Source: Macrostomum lignano (lineage: Eukaryota). From it: a stretch of DNA of 64,000 bases. Numbering within the stretch: the stretch's first letter is position 1; each line of letters begins with the position of its first letter. Positions 1 to 15,500 of this stretch are shown here, one piece after another. The stretch covers positions 85,474 to 149,473 of the forward strand of contig NIVC01002690.1 of the NCBI GenBank assembly GCA_002269645.1, read 5' to 3'. The notes beneath the pieces are model-generated. The model did no database searches and was not told the DNA's origin. It worked only from the letters and a program-made list of their open reading frames with translations. The position numbers were made by a program, and so were the translations under genes.

Positions 1-574
1 AATGCAATTATAATCAATCATAAAATTATGATTGCTGCCAAAATGACTATTGCTTGTCAACAAAGTGATTAATCTATTATTAAATAAGTAAAATCAACTT
101 TTGAACTTAGCATGCTGGTATAATCATTCAGTGTATCAACAATTTAAAAAGTATTTAAGCTTTCCTCATTATTTGATTTTGCCTAGGGTCAAAATAGATA
201 AATGTTTATAAAATGTGCTCAAATTATAACATACTAATATATGATTATATAATTGGTTTTCAAGTGTTGCAACTAAATTTAAAATGAAAAAATGAAATTG
301 ATATATCATAAAATATGATGCAAAAACCTAGCTCTTTAAAATTCATTTCTTCAAATGTTTTCCTTATCCATATATTATATATATATTGAACTTTGAGCTA
401 CCAATAGATGATTATTACCTTATTTTTATCATTATGAAAGCAAGTTAGATTACAAAAGCATTAGTGAATTTAAAATTCCTGTCAATTTGCCCACATTTCT
501 AAAACAATATTAAACAGCTTCTTATGGATTAACTGATTAAAGCTGAGGGTTTTTTGGCATTAAATAAAAAATAA

Positions 575-4840
<4,266 letters not shown>

Positions 4841-5775
4841 GAATTCTCGGGGCTGGTGCAGGCGTTAATTTGCTTCAACAGTTTTTATCAACTTTTTGCG
4901 GCATTGTAGTTTTTTTTTATTTTAAGTAGTTGTCATTATAGATTTTTATTGAATTCATAATCAGGCAGTAAATTAGATTGGATTTTAGGTCGATTCCATA
5001 ATCATGCCAGTTGAGCAGATCAAGAGGCTACATGGTTGCTACCCATCAAGTGCTAATTCATTTATCCCATTGAAAACGTTACCGTGACAAGAATCGTGAC
5101 CGTTACCGTCATTATTGAAGCGCCCCAAAGTCGCAGACAATAAAAAAACGCTTCAAATTGACTCTTTTAGAGCCGTTTTAAAGTCTGATGGAGTCACTTC
5201 TTGTCTTTTATCATTGTCACCTGCAACACAGTCACTCTGGGACGCTTCTTGGCGTAGTTACCGGTTTAGTGATTTTTATTGCGATATTATTAATCATAAT
5301 TCTTGTTCATTATTAATTTCTTTTTTATTGTCCATCTCTGTAGCGCATATACGCTCGTACAGTTTTTTTAAACAAACAATGCAGTTTGATATTCATTTTA
5401 CTGAAGTGAGCGCAGCTTTTTGTGCATTATGAATTATGAATTTTCTCGTTAGATTGACTGATTAACTGACATTTAATAGGGCAATAACGTATGGAATTTA
5501 TTTTCAATATTCTGTATGCGCTACTTGCGATAGTAGTAGATAGTAGAGAAATATACTGTGTGAGCTCGCCAATATATTGATTCATTTTCTACAGAACAGG
5601 ATATGCTTTGCCATCTTTTGAAGCTGTAAAATTAAGGCAGCTGTTGGTTCTCGATTGCTTTGTCTAATATTTCATCTCAAGAGTCGACCGCATTAACGTT
5701 AACGCTGAGCTAAAAGTACACACTTACTCATCAAAGCCACGGCCCCCTTAGCTTTCATGATATTGCACACAATAT

Positions 5776-6067
5776 ATGGACCATAAACACCAAATCTATC
5801 ACTATCTACAGTATGAGATGGGCCATAGACACCAAGTCTATCACTATCTACAGTATGAGATGGGCCATAGACACCAAATCTATCACTATCTACAGTATGA
5901 GATGGGCCATAGACACCAAATCTATCACTATCTACGGTATAAGATGGGCCATAGACACCAAATCTATCACTATCTACAGTATGAGATGGGCCATAGACAC
6001 TAGATCTATCACTATCTACAGTATGAGATGGGCCATAGACACCTGCAAATCTATCACTATCTACAGT
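5776..6067. repeat. 42-bp tandem repeat (~7 copies) between the convergent 3' ends of HPD and the VFT receptor gene
   Basis: Unit TCTATCACTATCTACAGTATGAGATGGGCCATAGACACCAAA. Confidence 0.93.
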
Positions 6068-6523
6068 ATAAGAATAGATCACAGATAAATTGTTTTCGGC
6101 TGTATGAGATTTAGCAAAACAAAAACTTCGTTTTTATTTTAGGCAAACCTTCTTGGCATGTTGAGTCACCGATTTTATACTGATGATATGTACAATTAAT
6201 GTATCATACTGATATTATGATAGATAATAAAGAATCTACATGTTGAGTGCTAAAAATATCAATTTTTGCACTAAGAAATTAAATTTCGATTTTACCCTCA
6301 GAAAGTTGCTCGGCAAAGCAACAAAAAAGCTAGATAGCTTTACTACCAAAGACTGCATGTGTAAAAATGTACATGTAAGAGCCGTAACATGTATGGCCAT
6401 GGAGTTTTGGCAAAGACTGAACTGTGAAGCCAGTTCAGCACAACTCCATGCAGCTTCAAATGATGCACGGAAGTACAGACGGCGAGCGAATAAACTGCGA
6501 ACTTAGGTGCTAGCCAGCGACAG

Positions 6524-9500
6524 TCAGGTGTCGTTTTCATAGGTGTCAGTTTGCCTGCTGGCTTGGGACTGGACAGCTGCCTCAACCTGCATCTCCGCAT
6601 AGCTGCCACTGGGCCGAGCGCCGCTCCCAGCCGATGCGCCAGTCGACTGTCGCTGACGACGTGGCATGGGTGCCGGCGGCAGCGAGGATGTGGCTGGGAC
6701 TGCCGGTTGCTGCGGCGGCGGCGGTGCTGGCACCGTGGCGACTGAGCCAGGCGGCTGCGACCGAATAGTATCCAGCTCGAAGCTAGGGACCTGCGGCGGC
6801 TGAGGTTGCTGCGACGGCGGCTGCTTCCTGGAATGTTGAGAAGGGAAAATTCCTATCGCGCTTTTTTCTAGTAGTTTCTCTGTGTTCCTACTGACAGTAG
6901 GGTAAAAAAAGAAGTGTTTGATTTTCTTTAAAGGGTATTTCGATCAATGCCGAAATCGCACCGACGAAGAGCCTGAGATGTACTTTTGTCAAGACGACAG
7001 TTAAACCGTAGCCATGCAGCCACATGTACAGTAGAACGGCAAGTAGTCATGCCATTCCACTGACATGTACTCGTACATTGTAAGTATGCAGACACGCTTT
7101 CTCATTGTCAAGGCAGTGTACACAATCTCTGTGGTGCAACTTGAGCAGCCTTGGACCTCACCTGAGCTTCTGGCACTTCTGCCTCATCCAGAGCCAGATG
7201 TCGTTGGAGAAGTAGCCAGCGCAGATTCCGGCGGGCAGGAGCAGCAGAAGCAGCAGGAGCGCCAGGTGCGCATTCGATGCCGCAGGCGGCGGGCTGACTG
7301 CCGGCGTCAGGTTGACGCAGACGACAGACTCCGCGTCGCTGCAGTCGGCTCGCTGCCTGCAGGCCGCCTGAGCTGCCGGCTTCTCCTTGGCTTGAACTGA
7401 GTCCAGACTCCGCTGCATCTGCAGGCCTGCGGCTGCCGAATACTCGCCGATCTGCGCCAGTTCGTGGTGGGGCTTTAGAAAAAAATAATTAGTCCAATTT
7501 TCCTAAACTTTTCTCGTTTGATCACTCTTCAGTTTGTTCCAAGTTCTTCTTTGACTGTTTCAAGGCTGCTCCGAAAATACCCCTTTGCTTTCTACCGAAA
7601 TTCCCTCTCAATTCTTGCAAGATTCTTTCCGAAATTCCCTCTCGATTTTTGCAAGATTCTTTCCGAAATTCCCTCTCGATTTTTGCAATATTCTTTCCGA
7701 AATTCCCTCTCGATTTTTGCAATATTCTTTCCGAAATTCCCTCTCGATTTTTGCAATATTCTTTCCGAAATTCCCTCTCGATTTTTGCAATATTCTTTCC
7801 GAAATTCCCTCTCGATTTTTGCAATATTCTTTCCGAAATTCCCTCTCGATTTTTGCAATATTCTTTCCGAAATTCCCTCTCGATTTTTGCAAGATTCTTT
7901 CCGAAATTCCCTCTCGATTTTTGCAATATTCTTTCCGAAATTCCCTCTCGATTTTTTGCAAGATTCTTTCCGAAATTCCCTCTTGATTCTGGCAAGATTC
8001 TTTCCGAAATTCCCTCTCGACTTTTGCAAGATTCTTTCCGAAATTCCCTCTCGATTTTTTGCAAGATTCTTTCCGAAATTCCCTCTTGATTCTGGCAAGA
8101 TTCTTTCCGAAATTCCCTCTCGATTCTGGCAAGATTCTTTCTGAAATTCCCTCTCGACTTTTGCAATATTCTTTCCGAAATTCCCTCTCGATTTTTGCAA
8201 GATTCTTTCCGAAATTCCCTCTCGATTTTTTGCAAGATTCTTTTCGAAATTCCCTCTGGATTTTTGCAAGATTTTTTTCGAAATTCCCTCTCAATTTTTG
8301 CAAGATTTTTTCCAAAATTCCCTCTCGATTCTTGCAAGATTCTTTCCGAAATTCCCTCTCGATTCTGGCAAGATTCTTTCTGAAATTCCCTCTCGATTCT
8401 GGCAAGATTCTTTCCGAAATTCCCTCTCGATTTTTGCAATATTCTTTCCGAAATTCCCTCTCGATTTTTTGCAAGATTCGTTCCGAAATTCCCTCTCGAC
8501 TTTTGCAAGATTCTTTCCGAAATTCCCTCTCGATTTTTTGCAAGATTCGTTCCGAAATTCCCTCTCGATTTTTTGCAAGATTCTTTTCGAAATTCCCTCT
8601 CGATTTTTGCAAGATTTTTTTCGAAATTCCCTCTCGATTTTTGCAAGATTTTTTCCAAAATTCCCTCTCGATTTTTGCAAGATTCTTTCCGAAATTCCCT
8701 CTCGATTCTGGCAAGATTCTTTCCGAAATTCCCTCTCGATTCTGGCAAGATTCTTTCCGAAATTCCCTCTCGATTCTGGCAAGATTCTTTTCGAAATTCC
8801 CTCTCGATTTTTGAAAGATTCTTTGCGAAATTCTCTCTCGATTTTTGCAAGATTTTTTCAAAAATTCCCTTTTGATTTTTGCAAGATTCTTTACGAAATT
8901 CCCTTTCAATTCTTGCAAGATTCCTTTTGAAATTCCCTCGATTCTTCTAAGATTCTTCCAGTAATTCCGCTTTGATCCATCAAAGATTCGTTTTGATATT
9001 CCCTCGGGATTCCTTCCAGGATTGTTCAAATAATTTCCACAAATCCTTCTCAGCCTTCCCTCTACTTGGGAGATTTTCCCAAGGTAATCCATTGCAGGCA
9101 ATTCATTCATCAAAAGAAGCCCGCCATCAGATTTATCAGCATTGGCTGTCGGGCCGTCACCTTCCGCCAGCCCTCGGCGCCGCTGCCGAACTGCAGGACG
9201 TTCAGCCGGTTCGACCCGGTCCGGTCGTCACCGATTGGCCGATAGTCGCCGAATCGCCGCGGCTTGGCCGACGGGCCTCCTTTGGCGTCGCCGAAAAGAA
9301 TCCGGTTGCCGCGGGCCTTCATCGCCGCCCAGCTCGGATTCTGCAGCAGGGCGTCGCAAGCGGCCGTCGACGTCGCCGCTACGCAGACGTCCCGACGGTG
9401 GCGAGGCCGCCAAGCAGCAGGGCGGCGGCAGCGTTGGCTGCCAGCGGCGCCCGGCTGTCCAGGAAGCCGAGGCCGGGCAGCTCGCCGGGCGAGGCCGGTC

Positions 9501-12500
9501 CGCAGGCGCCGACCGCAGCCGGTTCGGTTCTGGCGAACTCAGTTGCCAGGTAGCAACCGCGAGCCGACTGGAAGTAGCTCACCAGCCAGGGTGGCCAGGG
9601 CTTCTCCGCTGCCGACGGCGGCCGCGCCAGCAGGCTTCGCTGATGCTCGACGAAAGCGGCGCTCTGGCCGGCGTCAATTTCGACGCTTAGGCAGCCGGCG
9701 CAGAGGTCGGCGCGGCCGGCCAGCCAGGAGCCGGCGGAGCCCACGGCCTCGGTGGTCAGCAGGGTCAGCCCGCTAGCGGCCGTCTCGGCTCCAGCGAAGT
9801 CCAGGAAGTTCGTCAGGTCCTCCAGGGAGCCGAGGAACGGCACGTAGCGGACGCGCTGATTTGCGACCATCCGCAGCAGGTTGGCATTGCTGACGGAGTC
9901 CTCGGTGGTGTGCGCGAAGGTCCGGCCGATGCAGATGTCGGCCTCGGCCGCCAGGCTGAGCAGCTGATCGCGCAGCGACCTGCCGTAGTCCGTGTCGGCG
10001 AACACCACGACGATGTAGTCCGCCTGCGGTGGGGGGCGGCTCGAGTTGGCTGGTGGCGGTGCTTCGGGGAAGATTGAGTGTCAGGTAGGGGAGGGTTGAG
10101 TGTCAGGTAGGGGGAGGGTTGAGTGTCAGGTAGGGGGAGGGTTGAGTGTTAGGTAGGGGGAGGGTTGAGTGTCAGGTAGGGGGAGGGTTGAGTGTCAGGG
10201 AGGCGAGAGTTGAGTGTCAGGGAGGCGAGGGTTGAGTGTCAGGTAGGGGAAGAATGAGTGTCAGGTAGGGGAAGATTGAGTGTCAGGTAGGGGGAGGGTT
10301 GAGTGTCAGGTAGGGGGAGGGTTGAGTGTCAGGTAGGGGGAGGGTTGAGTGTCAGGTAAGGGGAGGGTTGAGTGTCAGGTAGGGGGAGGGTTGAGTGTCT
10401 GGTAGGGGGAGGGTTGAGTGTCAGGTAGGGGGAGGGTTGAGTGTCAGGTAGGGGGAAGATTGAGTGTCAGGTAGGGGGAGGGTTGATTGTCAGGGAGGCG
10501 AGGGTTGAGTGTCAGGGAGGCGAGGGTTGAGTGTCAGGTAGGGGGAGGGTTGAGTGTCAGGTAGGGGGAGGGTTGAGTGTCAGGTAGGGGAGGGTTGAGT
10601 GTCAGGGAGGCGAGGGTTGAATATCAGGGAGTCGAGGGTTGAGTGTCAGGCAGGGGTAGGGTAAGTGTCAGGAAGTGGACGGGTTTAGTGTCAGGGAGGA
10701 GAAAGGTATTCAGCAAGGATTGAATGCCATGGAGAGCTGGGTGTCAGTCAGGCAGTACAGCAATCCCATTGTACCTGCAAGAAGCGCAGCAGCTGCACCA
10801 TGCTCTGCACGATGACTCTGTCCGTGACCACAGTCCTGGCGAAGCTCGGGTACTCGACCGTGTCATTCAGCACAGTGGAGGTTGAGCCGTAGGACACGAG
10901 CGGCAGGCCGAACTGCTTGAGCAGCTCGGCGGCAGCCATGGAGCTGGTGCTGGACAGGGCACCAACAAAGCCCAGCAGTTTTGAGTAGTGAAAGCCGGAA
11001 GTCTCCGCTGCCAGCTGGCCGCTGAGCAGCAGGTTGAGGTTGCGGCCGGTGTACGCCCCGAGGTAGCAGGAGTCGATGATGACGTAACCGAATTTCGGCG
11101 CCTGGCCAGCCCTGGCCGAGGTGGCCGAGGCAAGGAGGGCCCGCAGAGCAGCCAGGAGCTGCTGGTCCATCAGGTTGCTGTTGAAGCCCGCAGGTGGCGC
11201 TGAGGACTCGGTAGCCAGGTGGTTCGCCGCCTGAGATCGTTCAGTGTCAGGGAGGGTTGATGGCTCAGTGTCAGGGAGGGTGAATGGTTCAGTGTCATGG
11301 AGGGTGAATGGCTCAGTGTCAGGAAGGGTTGATGGCTCAGTGTCAGGGAGGGTTGATGGCTCAGTGTCAGGGAGGGTTGATGGCTCAGTGTCAGGGAGGG
11401 TGAATGGCTCAGTTTCAGGGAGGGTGAATGGCTCAGTGTCAGGGAGGGTGAATGGCTCAGTGTCAGGGAGGGTGAATAACTCAGTGTCAGGGAGGGTTGA
11501 TGACTCAGTGTCAGGGAGGGTGAATGGCTCAGTGTCAGGGAGGGTGAATGGCTCAGTGTCATGGAGGGTGAATGGCTCAGTGTCATGGAGGGTGAATGGC
11601 TCAGTGTCAGGGAGGGTGAATGGCTCAGTGTCAGGGAGGATGAATAGCTCAGTGTCAGGGAGGGTGAATGGCTCAGTGTCAGGGAGGGTGAATGGCTCAG
11701 TGTCATGGAGGGTGAATGGCTCAGTGTCAGGGAGGGTGAATGGCTCAGTGTCAGGGAGGGTGAATGGCTCAGTGTCATGGAGGATGAATGGCTCAGTGTC
11801 AGGGAGGGTGAATGGCTCAGTGTCATGGAGGGTGAATGGCTCAGTGTCATGGAGGGTTGATGGCTCAGTGTCAGGGAGGGTTGATGGCTCAGTGTCAGGG
11901 AGGGTTGATGGCTCAGTGTCAGGGAGGGTGAATGGCTCAGTGTCAGGGAGGGTGAATGGCTCAGTGTCATGGAGGATGAATGGCTCAGTGTCAGGGAGGG
12001 TGAATGGCTCAGTGTCAGGGAGGGTGAATGGCTCAGTGTCAGGGAGGGTGAATGGCTTAGTGTCAGTGAGGGTGAATGGCTCAGTGTCAGGGAGGAAATC
12101 ATCTTGCAGCCACTAAATCTAGTATGCAATTTTCAGCTATTCCAATTGCAATTTTAAGCTATTCCAATTGCAAACTTCTCACCTGCAGAATGAATTTAAC
12201 AGCCAAGGCGAACTGGTAGCCGCCCTCCCGGGCGCCTCTCAGAGTCCCATCTGAGCAGTAGAATCGGTCATTGCCGGGGTAGCGCACCGGAGCGATCACT
12301 CCGATGTAATAATCGCCAGGTGAGAATTCCACAATGCCTGAACTGGTTCCTAGGCAATTAGGACAGACGCCAGAGCACTCAGACTTCAGACTGGGCACTT
12401 CCTGCACGATGCCGCTGCTAGCATTGAGGCCGTAGAACTTGGCAGCTGCGGGACCTCCCAGCTGCCAAGTGACACTTCTCCGAGCTTCATCGCCCGCGCT

Positions 12501-15500
12501 GTCCACCAGCAGCTCGCCCAGTTTCACCAGCCGCTTGGCGCCCGCGACTTCTTGAACGTTGAACATCTGCGAGATGGAATGGAGAGGTCATCTGAGGTCG
12601 ATACTCTTTTGGTTTATTTTGGACCTATTTTTCTAGGTTATTTAGGGTCACCAGCCTATTTCAAGGTCATTTAGGGTCACCAGCCTATTTCAAGGTCATT
12701 TAGGGTCACCAGCCTATTTCAAGGTCATTTAGGGTCACCAGCCTTTTTCAAGGTCATTTAGGGTCACCAGCCTTTTTCAAGGTCATTTAGGGTCACCAGC
12801 CTTTTTCTAGGTCATTTGTGGGGTCACCGGACATAGGACTTCAAAATTTTTAAAAACATTTTCAGGCTAATATTTTCATTTTTCTGTTTGTCTACATACG
12901 GACTTCCGAAAATCATTTGAAGCTGCAGGCAGCATGCGCTTTTCCCGAACTGTTTTTTTTCTTAAAATTATGAGTTTGCACCGACTTTGAGCGTGCACAC
13001 GCTCACGCAGCGTTCCCGACTTTCTAATCGTCAGGCATTTACAATCTCTGTGCTTTGAGGGTTGAAGTTGAAGAATGTTAAACTCGATTTTCTTAGAAAT
13101 GAGCGCCCCATAGATTCTGGAGACTAAACTTGTACACATTTACGGCATTTAGGGCATCGAGGCTTTCTTAGTCCTTCTTCAGCCAAAGGTTGTATATTTG
13201 CTAGATAGGCCACTCCAGCCGCCTGACCCCAGCGCGGAAACCCCGGGGTTTCGACCATAGACTATAGCTTCTGCTGCTCTCAGAGCAGCTCTTGTATGTG
13301 GCCATATAAACCATCTATGGTTTAAGCTGTCTATGGGGCGGCTTGTGGCGAGAGTCAGACGGGCTACTCTGCTCCCAGTCTACTGCCGCACAGCCGCACT
13401 GTTACTGAGAACATTCTCGTCACCTTGACGGCAGGAGCGGAGAAGCCTCTAGCTCGATGGTAGAGCCCTCTGCTGAACGAGTACCCAGTGTAGTTCGCGT
13501 CCGTGAAAATCCCATAGAATGGCACAGAGCTCAGCAGAGAGGGGGAGAAGCTGAAGCTTCCTGTCGAATTTCGAAGTGCAGACAGCAGGGTACCGTTGGC
13601 GGCCCAGGCTTCCAGTGTCCGGCTGAGCAGCGGAAGCAGGCTGAGCAGCAGGTAGTCATAGTTCAGTGCCGCATCGTAGCACGGGCTGCTGAGCTCGGTC
13701 CAGTTGCACTGGGGGAACTCCGGCGACAACCAGCTCAGGGTGGAGTTCAGGACCTGCGAGACCACCTGGAAGGCCGGATGAAAGGGAACTGAAAAATTGC
13801 GCGTCCTGCATCACCCTCCACTTACCTACACACATTCTACACATTCTCTTTACCATGCTCCCCTCTACCCCTGCTTCCCCTACCCCTGCTTCCCTACCCC
13901 TGCTTCCCTACCCCTGCTTCCCTACCCCTGCTTCCCTACTCCTGCTTCCCTACCCCTGCTTCCCCTACCCCTGCTTCCCTACCCCTGCTTCCCTACCCCT
14001 GCTTCCCTACCCCTGCTTCCCTACCCCTGCTTCCCTACCCCTGCTTCCCTACCCCTGCTTCCCTACCCCTGCTTCCCTACCCCTGCTTCCCTACCCCTGC
14101 TTCCCCTACCCCTGCTTCCCTACCCCTGCTCCCCCTACCCCTGCTCCCCCTACCCCTGCTTCCCTACCCCTGCTTCCCTACCCCTGCTCCCCCTACCCCT
14201 GCTTCCCCTACCCCTGCTTCCCTACCCCTGCTCCCCTACCCCTGCTTCCCTACCCCTGCTTCCCTACCCCTGCTTCCCTACCCCTGCTTCCCTACCCCTG
14301 CTTCCCTACCCCTGCTTCCCTACCCCTGCTTCCCTACCCCTGCTTCCCTACCCCTGCTTCCCTACCCCTGCTTCCCCTACCCCTGCTTCCCCTACCCCTA
14401 CTCTCTCTACCCCTGCTCCCCTACCCCTGCTTCCCCTACCCCTACTCTCTCTACCCCTGCTCCCCCTACCCCTACTCCCCCTACCCCTACTCCCCCTACG
14501 CCTACTCTCTCTACCCCTGCTCCCCCTACCTCTACTCCCCCTACCCCTGCTCCCCTTACCCATTGCTCCCCTCTACCCCTGCTCTTCCTACCCCTGCCCC
14601 CTACCCCTGAGCTACCAAATCGTCTCCCGGGCTGAAGTCCACCACGCCAGGCCGCAGCAGCAGGCTGCCAAGCAGGGAAGTCGCCACTGTTGATGAAGCT
14701 GGGGTTGCCAGCTGCTGGCCGACAAACCGGAAGGCCTCGCCACCGGCCAGGATCCACTGGAACCGACGCTCGGTGTCCGCGTACCGGGCGTCGCCGCCGC
14801 CGCTGACGAGCTGCAACAGGCGGCTGACGGTGTCGGCCGGGGCAGCCAGCAGCACCGCCAGCCGGGCCAGCCTCTTGTCCGAGTAGACGTGCCTCTTCAG
14901 CTGTTCAGCGGCAGCTGTCGCATTCTCGCTGGTGGCCGAGAGCACCAGACCGAGGCAGAGACGTCGGGAGCCCCTGCTAGCGAGCTGTCGAAGCCGGCCG
15001 GCCAGCAGCTGATCGCCTCGGCTGGTGGAAGTCACGACGGCGATGTAAGTCCAGTTGAGCCCCGTGACCAGCTGGTAGGCCGCCTGCCAAGTGTGATTTG
15101 TTGTTAAAAGTACAGTGCGGTGGGTCCTCCAGCGGGCCACCAGAACCTTGGATCCCCCATAAGCACAAAGTTTGGGCTGCATCACAAAGATCACAAACAT
15201 AGGATTTTTATTATCAGTGTATTTTCAGACCTTCATTTTTGTATTTTCGCTAGATGCGCCACGGGCGAGCACTGACATGTCATGGACCACAAAAAATCTC
15301 GTTTGAAAACGATATGTGTCCGAAAACACCCCTACATGCTGCTCATATTCACCCTACATACCGCTCATGTTCATCCTACATACTGCTCATGTTCATCCTG
15401 TATACTGCTCATGTTCACCCTACATGCTTACTCATGTTCACCCTACATGCTGCTCATGTTCATCCTACATACTGCTCATGTTCATCCTACATACTGCTCA

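Noticed and set aside
7518-9113. Overlapping ORFs of 200-500 aa on both strands (KSRGNFGKN/FPKFPLDF)
   Set aside because: They are 34-aa periodic products of a 34-bp intronic minisatellite.
11170-12129. Mucin-like SLTLSHSP ORF (319 aa) continuous with a real exon
   Set aside because: It is a 24-bp intronic array. The true exon begins at the acceptor at 11230, in phase with the upstream donor at 12183.
12640-12800. Interstitial telomere repeat (TTTAGGG)
   Set aside because: There is only one heptamer per 29-bp unit, not a tandem telomeric tract.
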